A stretch of DNA of 64,000 nt, taken from positions 32,001 to 96,000 of the IMG/VR virus record IMGVR_UViG_3300020044_008989. The stretch is one strand, 5' to 3'. A model generated the notes under the pieces. The model made no database searches and was not told where the DNA came from. It saw only the letters and a program-made list of their open reading frames with translations. Every line of letters begins with the position of its first letter. Within the stretch, counting starts at the first letter, position 1. The translations under genes and the position numbers were made by a program. Positions 38,024-47,971 of this stretch are shown piece by piece. Origin of the DNA: an uncultured virus (IMG/VR IMGVR_UViG_3300020044_008989). Its lineage: Duplodnaviria; Heunggongvirae; Uroviricota; Caudoviricetes.

Positions 38024-38209
38024 ATGGAAATCGTAAACTACATCCTCACAAACTCTGACACCCTTATCACCGCCGCTCTCGCAGTGGTAGGTGCCGCAAG
38101 TGCCGTTGCTGCTGTATTCGGCAAAAGCGATAACAAATACATCGAATATGCGCGGAAAATCGTCAATTTTTGCGCCCTGAATATTGCCAAGGCGAAAAAC
38201 AAGGAATAA
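38024..38209 (+). CDS. Small membrane protein, holin-like candidate
   Basis: LITAALAVVGAASAVAAV; KIVNFCALNIAKAKN; GTGTAA upstream and terminator downstream. Confidence 0.5.
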   Translation: MEIVNYILTNSDTLITAALAVVGAASAVAAVFGKSDNKYIEYARKIVNFCALNIAKAKNKE

Positions 38210-38225
38210 TTAATTCCCAATAATT

Positions 38226-38255
38226 AACCCGCGCTCCAAAAAGTGCGGGTTTTTT
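38226..38255 (+). terminator. Intrinsic terminator
   Basis: AACCCGCGCT/AGTGCGGGTT hairpin followed by a T-run. Confidence 0.75.
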
Positions 38256-38333
38256 GTTGACAAATGTTTCGGGTAGTGTATTTTAACCCATGAAAGAAAC
38301 AGACGCCCAAGATAAATTAGCTAATATACAAAC

Positions 38334-38492
38334 ATGAGCCTAGAAAAAGCCATCCTTCATAAAAAAGAACGCCGCAAACAACATTTCGGCGCGAAGAGAT
38401 TTGATTATTCTTGTAAGAATCACGGATCATGTGCTTATTGCCGAGACAATCGCTTGTTCTCCTCAAAACGGAGAGAACCTTTGGAAGACTAG
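38334..38492 (+). CDS. Small Cys/His-rich phage protein (52 aa, not in ORF track)
   Basis: MSLEKAI...DYSCKNHGSCAYCRDNR read by hand. Confidence 0.55.
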   Translation: MSLEKAILHKKERRKQHFGAKRFDYSCKNHGSCAYCRDNRLFSSKRREPLED

Positions 38493-39118
38493 AGGTATCT
38501 ATTCATTGCCGCAATTAAATTGTCGGGTATATCAGCGAACGACCTAAACAGCTTAGGCGGGCAGTGGGCCATTAGTTTTCTGTTATAAGGGGACTTCCTG
38601 AACCAGCGTCTATTTTGCGAAATCCAATAGTGTCCAGCCAAATAGCAATTTGCTCTTAGGGCATATTTTTCTGGGTCAATCAAGTGAGAGTATTTCTTGC
38701 GTATTTCTGCTAAAGCTCGTCTCTCGCAATCACGCTCCAAACACATCGCGGCTTGAGCCAAGATTCGCGGTTCGCGGAAGTTTTTGCCCGCTAACCATTG
38801 GAAAAATTTTGCGTGGTTGTCTGAGATTTTAGTGTGCCAAACGCTGCGGTTATCCATTCTTTGGGCATGGTGGGATGCCTCATGGATTGCAATAGAGAAT
38901 GCGTGTTCCCAGCCTCTTCCCAAGGCAACGGCCAATTCCCCGCCGAAAGAGTCATAGTAGCCAGAACAGCGGCCACATTCGTTATTAACAGCCATCCCAG
39001 CAGATAGTCGGAGGGTTATGTTTTGTTTTTTTAGCCGCTTATCTAACTTATAAAAATATTCTTGAACCTCAGAAGGAAATTCGCGGAGTTGTTTTAGGGC
39101 GAGGGAGGACGCTTTCAC
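38489..39118 (-). CDS. HExxH zincin-like protein
   Basis: IAIHEASH...LERDCE; CTGTAA 8 nt upstream. Confidence 0.55.
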   Translation of the reverse strand: MKASSLALKQLREFPSEVQEYFYKLDKRLKKQNITLRLSAGMAVNNECGRCSGYYDSFGGELAVALGRGWEHAFSIAIHEASHHAQRMDNRSVWHTKISDNHAKFFQWLAGKNFREPRILAQAAMCLERDCERRALAEIRKKYSHLIDPEKYALRANCYLAGHYWISQNRRWFRKSPYNRKLMAHCPPKLFRSFADIPDNLIAAMNRYL

Positions 39119-39196
39119 GTTAGTATTTACAGTTGAGAAACAAAAAATCTAGCGGTTTTTGTTGACAAGTTATTGTTTTTAGGGTAGAATGTCTGC

Positions 39197-39475
39197 ATGA
39201 CAATACTCCAAGGAACAAACTCCAATATCTTTTTTGCAGAAAATTTAGAACCAGTTGCAGAACTTGTTTTACTTTTATCCGACCCAGAGTATTATTTTGG
39301 GGAAACTGACGACAAAAAATCAGCTTTATTCAAAGCCAATAAAATCACCCAATCAAGGTTTGTTGCGACTCGCTCTCAATTAGAGGCGGTGAGGGAAGAT
39401 TTGTTGAAGCTAATTACCGAACTGGATAAGCTGGAAGAAAAGGTGAAAAATACAAAAACCGACAAAACAATTTGA
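39197..39475 (+). CDS. Hypothetical protein
   Basis: Leaderless promoter TTGACA/TAGAAT. Confidence 0.55.
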   Translation: MTILQGTNSNIFFAENLEPVAELVLLLSDPEYYFGETDDKKSALFKANKITQSRFVATRSQLEAVREDLLKLITELDKLEEKVKNTKTDKTI

Positions 39476-39505
39476 CAATTATTGCGCGGCGATTAAAGTA
39501 ACAAT

Positions 39506-39733
39506 ATGAGACTCTCCAAAGACGCCCAACGAATCATCGTTGCCTTATATTTGAGAAAAAGACGGGCAAGGCAATGGCTAAAAGAGATTAACAGCCCCTC
39601 TTTCCGTTACTCTGGACTTAAAAACGACCCCGTTGCTTGGGAAAGATATTGTAGTCATTGCTGTGGAGAAGAAAATTCTGCCCACAACTCCCTAGAAATC
39701 GCCAAACGCGCCGCTTACGAAATTTATGATTGA
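39506..39733 (+). CDS. Hypothetical protein
   Basis: Leaderless promoter. Confidence 0.5.
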   Translation: MRLSKDAQRIIVALYLRKRRARQWLKEINSPSFRYSGLKNDPVAWERYCSHCCGEENSAHNSLEIAKRAAYEIYD

Positions 39734-40387
39734 CACCCTATATCCAAACACCCCCGAACAAATTAGGCTCGCCCTGTTCTCATGTATCAACAAGAACTTC
39801 AAAACCAAGGCAGACAAGGAACTAAACGACTTCTTGCTTGACATTCTCAATGAATGCGAGAAAACTTTTAGCAACTACGAACTAGAAAAACTAAAAGCGG
39901 CCAACTAAAATGATCAAAATACTACAACCTTGTTTTGTGCGAATCTTTAGCGACGAAAGAAATCAATGGGTTGACTATTCTGCTGGCGAAGGAGAAATCT
40001 TCGCAGAAGGCGAAGGTGATTTTTCAGACTTATTCGAAGGGGAAGATTATGAACATATTTAAACTTTTTCTGAAATTAATTAGCGGGTTGCTCGGGTTTG
40101 TCATTATTTGGGTAATTTGTTTGGCCCTTTCTCCAGTATTTATCATGGTTATTGGGGCTAAGTATGCCCAAGAATTTCTCGCCGCGAAAAAAGTTAAAAA
40201 AGAACTTGCGCCGCAAAAAACAATCTGGTATATTCCAGCAACAACAGACAACAACACTCACTCCGCCAATTAAATGAGCCTAACACTAATACGCATCCTA
40301 ATCATCCTAGCGGCGAGTGCCTTTATTTTGTTGCCATTTTTTTGCTTTTAATAGTTGACAAGTTTCGAACCTGACCTATAATAATAC

Positions 40388-40651
40388 ATGAAAATAATCG
40401 AAAACACCACCCCATCACGAAAAGACCTTCTTAATAAAACCTACTCATGCGAATTGAGTGGGTGGGAGATTGCCGCCGTTACTGTTCTGTGTAGCAAATT
40501 TGCGGCAGGTAGCCCAACAGGTAGCATGAGGGGGGATTGTGATACCGTAAGGTATGAGGGCGAAAAATTATTCCCGTTTCTGAAATTAGATGCTCTTTTC
40601 GACGGAGCACATTTCTCAAGTGATTCGAGAGAAAAAATTCTTGAAATTTAA
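40388..40651 (+). CDS. Hypothetical protein
   Basis: TTGACA-16-TATAAT-5-ATG. Confidence 0.6.
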   Translation: MKIIENTTPSRKDLLNKTYSCELSGWEIAAVTVLCSKFAAGSPTGSMRGDCDTVRYEGEKLFPFLKLDALFDGAHFSSDSREKILEI

Positions 40652-40687
40652 TCTTGACAACGGCCAATTAAGAACTAACCTACTAAC

Positions 40688-40927
40688 ATGGAAAAACAAA
40701 AACGCGGCCCAAAAAGCCAAACACTAATCATGGTTCCCCTGTCAGAGCTTGTGGCCAAGCTCCCAGCGGGTTCAAACGTCAAAATCAGCCGAGTCTGGTT
40801 TCAGGAACTTCAAGAGACGCTTGGGTTGTCGCCGTTCTCGGAAAACGTAACAGCAGTTTCCGCCGCTTCAGAAGCGCCCGAACAAATTTCAGTAACAACC
40901 CTTGACTTGTCAGACGATCAGGAGTAA
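40688..40927 (+). CDS. Hypothetical protein
   Basis: Leaderless promoter. Confidence 0.55.
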   Translation: MEKQKRGPKSQTLIMVPLSELVAKLPAGSNVKISRVWFQELQETLGLSPFSENVTAVSAASEAPEQISVTTLDLSDDQE

Positions 40928-40951
40928 AGTAAACAACGAAAACAAACAAAC

Positions 40952-41206
40952 ATGCAAACACCAACAATCGAAGAACTAATCGCAAAAGCCAAAGCTCGTC
41001 AGTCTTTGGATAAAAGATGCTCAAATCGCGGAAGACCCCGATCTGGAATGAATCTTGCGGAGGCAAGCGTAGTTTCCACTATGCGCCAAAAAGGAGTTAA
41101 GTCTTTGATGACCATTCATTCTCTCCTGAAGGAACACTCCATGACCAAGTATGCTAACTACGGGACATTCCTTGCGGCATACAAGGAGCACAAGCTCCAC
41201 AGCTAA
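40952..41206 (+). CDS. Small basic protein (possible DNA-binding)
   Basis: RGRPR; A/C-rich leader. Confidence 0.5.
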   Translation: MQTPTIEELIAKAKARQSLDKRCSNRGRPRSGMNLAEASVVSTMRQKGVKSLMTIHSLLKEHSMTKYANYGTFLAAYKEHKLHS

Positions 41207-41396
41207 TCTTTCAGAAGGCATTCGCCGTCTGAGAAGCGCCCGTGCCTATTCGCGATAGGCAATCTCAAACCCAGAAATGGGTGGGTTGATTTGACTCTCG
41301 GTTAGATGGTTGCCCGCTTTCATGTGAAAGATTGGGACTTACAACCAAGAATCTAACGGCGCAAATTCTCAAACGCCGAAGGGCTTCTGAGATAGA
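41207..41396 (+). ncRNA. Unclassified multi-branched structured RNA
   Basis: Nested long-range pairings TCAGAAG/CTTCTGA, TGAGAA/TTCTCA, GCGCC/GGCGC enclosing three hairpins. Confidence 0.55.
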
Positions 41397-41555
41397 TAAT
41401 TTGTTGGAGATTCTAGGGTGCCAACCTAGATCACGGAAGGCCCGCCATTATAACAGGGCTGATAGCTTAAGCGGCGTGAAAAGCGCCAACATTACTTTCG
41501 GCTAGAAAATAAACGTTTCCCCTCCGCCGAATCGGGGAGCACAGCAAAACGTTTG

Positions 41556-41624
41556 ACCCGCCAGCAAGATTCCTCCCGAATCTAAAGTCCTTGTAGCAGG
41601 GATTTTAATGCTGGCGGGTTTTTT
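41556..41624 (+). terminator. Terminator-like branched hairpin
   Basis: ACCCGCCAGCA/TGCTGGCGGGT followed by a T-run. Confidence 0.6.
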
Positions 41625-41980
41625 CTTGACAAATTATTGGCGGCGAGTATATTGGTTATATGATTCCATACCTTGAACCACGAAAATACAGAATAATCCA
41701 CAACTTCAACGAGTTTGTTTATTTTATTGAATATGTGAACTTTTATGGAGAATATGGATGGTATCTAACACTCGGGACACAAGATTTCCCGTTTTGGGAC
41801 AAAGGATTTGTTTCTGCGAATGATTGTCTCGAAGCGTTTAATCATCACTATTCCAACAAATGAACCTTATCATCCACCTATTCGGTGCCCAGAAAAAGAT
41901 TTCGCGGGCATGGTTTTAAAGAATCCAGACTATTTTAACAAAAACGATTGACTGCGGCCCGAATTAATTTATATTAACTT

Positions 41981-42919
41981 ATGAACGAACCATTTAAAAA
42001 TTTGACTGGCCAACAGAGGACCAAGACCAAACTAACCTTTCATCTTGACGCTTTCAAGAAAGGTATCCCTCTCCCACACTACCTATTTACGGCTGGTAAA
42101 GGGGCGGGTAAAAGCATGTTCGCAAAAGAACTCGCCCGAGAAATTAAGCGCCACAACAATGAATTTGAGGCCCACTTAATTAATTGCGCGACCATTAAAA
42201 ACGTCAATTCTTTCTACGAGCAAATTTACGATACGAAAATCAGGGGCAAGCGTTCCATACTTTTAATGGATGAGTCACATAATCTTCCAGATGTTATTCA
42301 GCAGCTTCTTCTTACAACTATTGAGGTTGACGACAAGATTGAGCGCGTCATTCCTACTGACAGCGGCGACATGCAAATCAATACGCTAGACCATATCTTT
42401 ATGTTTATGTCTAGCGAACCTGACAGAATTTTCCCGCCCCTGCGCGACAGAATGGAAGTTGTGTCGCTTTGCGCCTATAAACCCGTGGAACTAGGGGAGA
42501 TTCTCATTAATCATTGCAAAGGAATAACCTTCGCGCCCGAAACAGTTTCTCATATTTGCGACTCTTTGCGCGGTAATCCGCGAGACGCAATCAAGGCAGC
42601 AAACGGCGTTATTAAATACTGCAAGATTAACAACCAATCTTCAATTTCAATTAACGATTGGCAAAAATATTGTGTTTTGAATGATGTTAAGCCTTTCGGC
42701 CTGAACTCAGGAGAGATTCAAGTGTTGAAAGTGTTGGTTAATAATGGAGCGTGTTCTTTAAACGATCTTCGCGGCGCAACAAATATTTCCCGAACAGCTA
42801 TCATGAACGACCTAGAGCCATATCTTTTGAGTAAACACTTTATTAAGATTGATGGGAAACGCCATGCAACGCCAAAAGGCAAGGAAGCTTGGAAGATTCT
42901 CGAAAAATTCGTTGATTAA
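41981..42919 (+). CDS. ruvB: RuvB-like AAA+ ATPase
   Basis: Walker A GKGAGKS; Walker B LMDESH; PLRDR; RGNPRDA; LEPYLL. Confidence 0.75.
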   Translation: MNEPFKNLTGQQRTKTKLTFHLDAFKKGIPLPHYLFTAGKGAGKSMFAKELAREIKRHNNEFEAHLINCATIKNVNSFYEQIYDTKIRGKRSILLMDESHNLPDVIQQLLLTTIEVDDKIERVIPTDSGDMQINTLDHIFMFMSSEPDRIFPPLRDRMEVVSLCAYKPVELGEILINHCKGITFAPETVSHICDSLRGNPRDAIKAANGVIKYCKINNQSSISINDWQKYCVLNDVKPFGLNSGEIQVLKVLVNNGACSLNDLRGATNISRTAIMNDLEPYLLSKHFIKIDGKRHATPKGKEAWKILEKFVD

Positions 42920-42954
42920 ACTTGACGCGGCGAAATAATTATTTATATTCTTCC

Positions 42955-43158
42955 ATGGAAACCACTCACTACGACCTCTACAGGCTCGACATAAAAGGCA
43001 ACAAGCGCCGCCTCTATGAAAATCTTGACCTTGTAACCGCAAAAGCTAAGCTATCGCTTGAACTCATGGAACCAACCCAAAAAGGCCGCTGGTCAGTCAC
43101 GCAAGTAAACACAACAGTTGAAACGGCAGAACTTAGTTTAATCTCATTTTGCCGATAA
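42955..43158 (+). CDS. Hypothetical protein
   Basis: Start set by leaderless promoter TTGACG/TATATT. Confidence 0.5.
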   Translation: METTHYDLYRLDIKGNKRRLYENLDLVTAKAKLSLELMEPTQKGRWSVTQVNTTVETAELSLISFCR

Positions 43159-43159
43159 T

Positions 43160-43381
43160 ATGAACCTGCTCCTATCCATCTATAGTCTCGGGTTTGTCAA
43201 GGGCTTCAAATACTGGCGTTTAAACCGTTACTACTCCAAACACCCTGACCAACTCCAAGAGTTTATCAACACCATGCGCCAAAAGGCCATTCTCGACCCG
43301 CATAACCCATGGGGCGACTTCGCCAATCAATGTCAAAAGTCATTAGATGCGTGGAAAAAGAAAAACCACTTGCGGCGCTAA
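43160..43381 (+). CDS. Hypothetical protein
   Basis: Operon-packed ORF. Confidence 0.45.
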   Translation: MNLLLSIYSLGFVKGFKYWRLNRYYSKHPDQLQEFINTMRQKAILDPHNPWGDFANQCQKSLDAWKKKNHLRR

Positions 43382-43402
43382 AAATACCCGTTATATTCTC
43401 TC

Positions 43403-43687
43403 ATGATTAAAACCCACAAACGCAAAATCCTAATCCCTAAAGTCACAGAGACAAATCTTGACAACACTTTCGTCACGCGAACTCAGGCTGATAACGCGAT
43501 GCATTATCTCTCATGGCGCGGCGCAAATCTATCGGAGCCTCTTGTATGTTTATCTAATTCAGTGCTGGCGAAACACGTCTTGGCGCGAATTAAAATGCCC
43601 GCCTTGCCACCTCATTTACAGGGAGAAGAGAGGCCAAAACAAAAAAGCCGCTTGACAAAAGTTCTCGAAATGCTAAAATTTAAATAA
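43403..43687 (+). CDS. Hypothetical protein
   Basis: Promoter TTGCGG/TATATT. Confidence 0.5.
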   Translation: MIKTHKRKILIPKVTETNLDNTFVTRTQADNAMHYLSWRGANLSEPLVCLSNSVLAKHVLARIKMPALPPHLQGEERPKQKSRLTKVLEMLKFK

Positions 43688-43862
43688 CTTGAAAACTTTC
43701 TACGCCCAAACAAAAATTTCCTGCGGCCAAAATGTTTTCCAGACTCACAAAGACATAATCTTCGCGCCGTCAAAAAATAAAGCGCGGGAAAAGCTGGTTT
43801 CTTTTTTAAAATCCTCCTTGCCAGAGTGGAAAGTTGTTGGCAAGATGCAACTACACGAACAA

Positions 43863-44280
43863 GTTTAAATTCGCAGAATTTCAACAACCATGGAAACCCT
43901 AGAACAAATCATCGCCGCAATCTTGCGAGATTATGCCATCGACGGCATTGTTAAAAACAAAGGAGAAGATTGGGCTGTCATTAACGATGACGAGTTGACT
44001 TTTCGAGTCAATTATTGTTTGACTACTCTCAAACATTGCATTAGTGTTGACAATAGAAAGTGCTTTAACAAAAACTCTCAGTGTCCAATTCACTTCGTGC
44101 TTGGCTTGTCGAATCGTAAAAATAATCGCTTACACCAAGCATTAAAGTTTTTACGCACAAAAGAAGGAGAAAAAGCTAGCGCCACATTCAATTGGACAGG
44201 CTGGGACGAATTTGATTATCACGTTAGAGATGAGTTTTACGCATACTAAGGTTTAAATTCACAGAATTTTAACAACTATG
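43863..44280 (+). repeat. 30-bp direct repeat pair (43863-43892, 44251-44280) flanking one ORF
   Basis: GTTTAAATTC(G/A)CAGAATTT(C/T)AACAAC(C/T)ATG, 27 of 30 identical. Confidence 0.85.
43890..44249 (+). CDS. Hypothetical protein
   Basis: ORF between the direct repeats. Confidence 0.55.
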   Translation: METLEQIIAAILRDYAIDGIVKNKGEDWAVINDDELTFRVNYCLTTLKHCISVDNRKCFNKNSQCPIHFVLGLSNRKNNRLHQALKFLRTKEGEKASATFNWTGWDEFDYHVRDEFYAY

Positions 44281-44511
44281 AAGTACCCAACATCCAAGAA
44301 ATCCGCTAAACTCTACGCCATCTCAGCAATCCGCCCAAATAACCAAATGGTTTTTCTTAAACCAAACGGCCAAATGACCGAACATTTACCCTTAGCCCAA
44401 GATTTTGGAAGTGAAGAGCGGCCAAAACGCCGCGCCAATAAAAAGATTGAGCAATTGCGTCAATCCTATAAAGGACTGAAAAACTGGAACGTGCAATATT
44501 TCACGGTTTGA
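44278..44511 (+). CDS. Hypothetical protein
   Basis: Starts in the second repeat copy. Confidence 0.5.
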   Translation: MKYPTSKKSAKLYAISAIRPNNQMVFLKPNGQMTEHLPLAQDFGSEERPKRRANKKIEQLRQSYKGLKNWNVQYFTV

Positions 44512-44816
44512 TTATTCTTATCTTGCTAATCATTGGGGCAATAATTTTGCGATAAGCTCGCCGCTGGGCATCCCTTTAGGATAAAAACAATTTGACGCGG
44601 CACAATAACCTGATATATTCTTCCTATGATACTCACACAAGAAGAAATAAACCGCTTAGGCGATGAATGGGGTTTCGGAACTCTTTTCGGTAGCGAAGAT
44701 GATTATTCCAAAGAAATGATTTGGTATGATGGCAACCCAACGAATTTAATTCGCGCCGTTGAAAAATTAATTCTGGAAAAACTTGACAACGGCCAAAAAT
44801 AAATTAAACTAATCCC

Positions 44817-45437
44817 ATGACCACAAAAACAGTAAACCTCTTCACTTTTGATGAACTGTCCGACTCCGCCAAGGAAAAAGCTCGCGATTGGTATCGGACG
44901 GCATCTTGCGACGATTCGTTTTCGAGCGAATACATTCTTGATGAGGCAAAAGAACAAGCTCAAAAGATGGGACTGGACATCGACAAGATTTATTATTCAG
45001 GCTTCTCGAATCAAGGAGACGGATGCTGCTATATTGGTGACTGGCACGCTTCTAGGGTTACAAGCGAGGTAGCTGATGGATGGGGCGAAAGTCCCGCTAC
45101 GAGTGAAATTAAGCGCATTGCGGGCGAATTTAAGGCGTTTGCGGATAAATATCCAGAATCATCCTTTCGCGTGAAGCATAGCGGACACTATTATCACAAA
45201 TATTGCACCGACTTTACCGTTTCCCTTGGGGAAGAAAATGACGATTCTGAGAATCTTTCTCAAGAAGAATGGAGCGCGGCGGAAAACTCCCTAATTGAAA
45301 CCGCAAGGGATTACATGGAGTGGATTTATCGGCAGCTTGAAAAGGAATACGAGTATCAGAATTCGGATGAGTGTGTTGATGAGAGTATTTTGGCAAATCA
45401 GTACACCTTTCTTGAAGATGGAGAGCGCGAAGATTAA
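44817..45437 (+). CDS. Acidic phage early-type protein
   Basis: FTFDELSDSAKEKARDWYR; YSGFSNQGDG; leaderless promoter. Confidence 0.7.
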   Translation: MTTKTVNLFTFDELSDSAKEKARDWYRTASCDDSFSSEYILDEAKEQAQKMGLDIDKIYYSGFSNQGDGCCYIGDWHASRVTSEVADGWGESPATSEIKRIAGEFKAFADKYPESSFRVKHSGHYYHKYCTDFTVSLGEENDDSENLSQEEWSAAENSLIETARDYMEWIYRQLEKEYEYQNSDECVDESILANQYTFLEDGERED

Positions 45438-45445
45438 TAAACCTT

Positions 45446-45606
45446 TATTCAGCTAGGCGTGCAAATGCCGAAAATCCCGCCAAAACAACCAGACAAAGAA
45501 AGCCGTGCGAGTTGATAACTCGCTAGTCTGGAAGGATGAAAGCCTCTAATCAAGGTAAAAAATGACCAACTTGGGGATGGAAACCAAGGGGCGGGGGTGC
45601 TGAATA
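45446..45606 (+). ncRNA. Unclassified structured intergenic RNA
   Basis: TATTCAGC/GCTGAATA, TCCCGCC/GGCGGGG, CCAGAC/GTCTGG, GCGAGTT/AACTCGC, CTTGG/CCAAG. Confidence 0.5.
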
Positions 45607-45652
45607 CACACAAAAAACTTGACGGGTGGAATTTATTGGTTTATTCTCCAAT

Positions 45653-45907
45653 ATGAAATCAAAATTCAAAACAGGAACCTACAAAGCGGGAGACTTTGTG
45701 AAGTTTTACGCTGGCTACGGGACAATTAAAGAATTTGCAAAAAAGCAATGCGGTCTTCCTTGGGTTAAAGTATGGGAAGAAATGCACCCAGTAGTGATTC
45801 TTGAATTTGACAGAATGGGCCGAAAAACAAAACAAAAAACCTTTCACATTGGAGACTCCTGTTTGAAGCTAGCAGACAGAGAACAAATTGAGAAATTTAA
45901 TCCTTGA
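45653..45907 (+). CDS. Hypothetical protein
   Basis: Leaderless promoter. Confidence 0.5.
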   Translation: MKSKFKTGTYKAGDFVKFYAGYGTIKEFAKKQCGLPWVKVWEEMHPVVILEFDRMGRKTKQKTFHIGDSCLKLADREQIEKFNP

Positions 45908-46309
45908 CGGCGCGAAATAATCAATCTATAGTGTCCTATGACCTACAAAAACACAACCATTGAAAAAATCTTCCCTAGTGGCCTATACTCTGCCTTCATT
46001 GAGGGACATGGGTTTCTCAAAGCTGATACCTTAGCGGGAATCAAACAATTAATCACGGCGGCGAAAAAATAATATGAAACCCATTGTGGATATGACCGAC
46101 AGCGAAAAGGACTTCGCAATTTATTCGGCCCGCTATATTCTGGAAGACTTTTTTGAGATAGGGAAGTCTGGCGTGAACATTCTTTCCGAAAAGATCGACG
46201 TAATTCCTGGGGTTGTCCATTCGGCGCTAGAGAATATTTTTTGCGCGAAGATACACTGAGTTCGCACAATAAACTTGCTTTGTGTATCATCCGACGTTAG
46301 TGTATCGTC

Positions 46310-46546
46310 ATGAATAAAATCGAAATAATCACCTTAGACAAAGACGACAACCAAACAGACTGCCGCGACTTTGACACGATGAAAGAAGCTCGCGCATGGG
46401 TTAATGAGTGCGCTCTAAATAAAGACTACTGGAACCGCAGGGGCGAAACAAACGACTTTGCGGCGTGTTACGTTTATACTGTCCAACTTCATAAGAATGG
46501 CGAATGTTTGCAAGATTGGTTTCCAATGTTTAAATTCCATGACTAA
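46310..46546 (+). CDS. Hypothetical protein
   Basis: ORF in the early-type array. Confidence 0.5.
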   Translation: MNKIEIITLDKDDNQTDCRDFDTMKEARAWVNECALNKDYWNRRGETNDFAACYVYTVQLHKNGECLQDWFPMFKFHD

Positions 46547-46801
46547 AATTGACCCATACTTTAACCTCGTTTCAAATAATTCACTTGGATTATTCAATGG
46601 AAATGTCGAATGGGAATCCTCCAATGCCAGAATCATTCAGGAACACGGGGGAAACGAGAGGAGCGGGTATGCTGGCAAATACAGGATTTTCCACAAGGGG
46701 AAGATGATTAAGGAAATTCCTTTCTCCTATACTGGCGACCTGAAAAGCGAATTAGAGAAGATTGATCTTGACGCAATCTAATATTTGGTATATGTTCTCG
46801 C

Positions 46802-47083
46802 ATGAGTCCAAGAGAACAAACACAACAGCAATTAATCACCCGTCTTTCCGAGAATCAGTATTTCTCTGCTCCCTATGGAGTGATAGAAGGGATGGAAAAC
46901 CTTCCAAAAGGCGGCAAAGTTAGAACCGTAACCTTTGGGGTTGCGCGTGGATTAGATGCTACGGCACACGTTTGGAGTCCGAAGAAAATCACCTTTCGCG
47001 GGCAAGGCGGATTAGCGTACAAACTGCCAAGCGAAGTTTCATCCGTAGATGAATTCTTTGAAAAGTTTTTCGCCGCCAATTAA
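46802..47083 (+). CDS. Hypothetical protein
   Basis: Leaderless promoter TTGACG/TATGTT. Confidence 0.55.
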   Translation: MSPREQTQQQLITRLSENQYFSAPYGVIEGMENLPKGGKVRTVTFGVARGLDATAHVWSPKKITFRGQGGLAYKLPSEVSSVDEFFEKFFAAN

Positions 47084-47121
47084 TTGTTGACAGGGCGGAA
47101 TTAATAAGATATAATCACCCC

Positions 47122-47727
47122 ATGAAAAACCAATACCAATTCACCGACAATTTCAATCGCGGCGACCTTACTCATCGCGGAGCGGGAGATTTCTATGAAG
47201 CCAAGGAAAAAGAATTGCTCGCCGCCATTTCTTCGCGCAAACCATTCGACACTGGATGGGGTGGATGCAAGCATGAAATCTTATCTTCGCAAATCGTTTG
47301 TGATGGCGAGGGAGGGTTTTCTTGCTCGGTTTCTGTCTCTGATGATTTTGATACAGAGGGGATGGGAACGGTTGATCTTTCCTGCGATGGAGAGAGTGCC
47401 GAGAAAACGCTTGAGGCTATCCAGCAAGCACTATATGAGGCGCATAACCTAGCGAGCGAAGATCAGGGCGAGAACGCCACTTATCGGGGATTCAGCATTC
47501 ATAACGAAAAAGGTTCATGGGTTGAGACATACATTCAACCTTGGAACGGTAGCGAATTTATGAATAAACCATCTGGCGATAATTACCATAAATGGGGCTT
47601 CCAAGAAGAGTGTGAAATTCCAGCAAATATTGCCGAAAAATTAGAGGACTTCGCATGTTCTTATCGCGAAGGAGAGCAAGATAGTTTGACGGTTGAAGGG
47701 TGGACGATTAAACCGTGGAAAGATTGA
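47122..47727 (+). CDS. Acidic hypothetical protein
   Basis: TTGACA-17-TATAAT-6-ATG. Confidence 0.65.
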   Translation: MKNQYQFTDNFNRGDLTHRGAGDFYEAKEKELLAAISSRKPFDTGWGGCKHEILSSQIVCDGEGGFSCSVSVSDDFDTEGMGTVDLSCDGESAEKTLEAIQQALYEAHNLASEDQGENATYRGFSIHNEKGSWVETYIQPWNGSEFMNKPSGDNYHKWGFQEECEIPANIAEKLEDFACSYREGEQDSLTVEGWTIKPWKD

Positions 47728-47971
47728 CCTTGACAAGGTGGAATAACCTGATATATTTCGGCATGAAAACACAAATCCAACACTTTTATTCAAGCCACAA
47801 CACCCTTTCTGCCAAGATGTACTTTCTGGATTGGCTTAGCAAACAAGAAAACAAGCCAACACCCGAAGAACTCTCAATCTTGAGAATCAAGAATCCTACT
47901 TTGTGGAGCGGATACACAGAAATAAACCATGTTTGTATTTGACAAACGCAAAAATTAACCGATAATACCTT

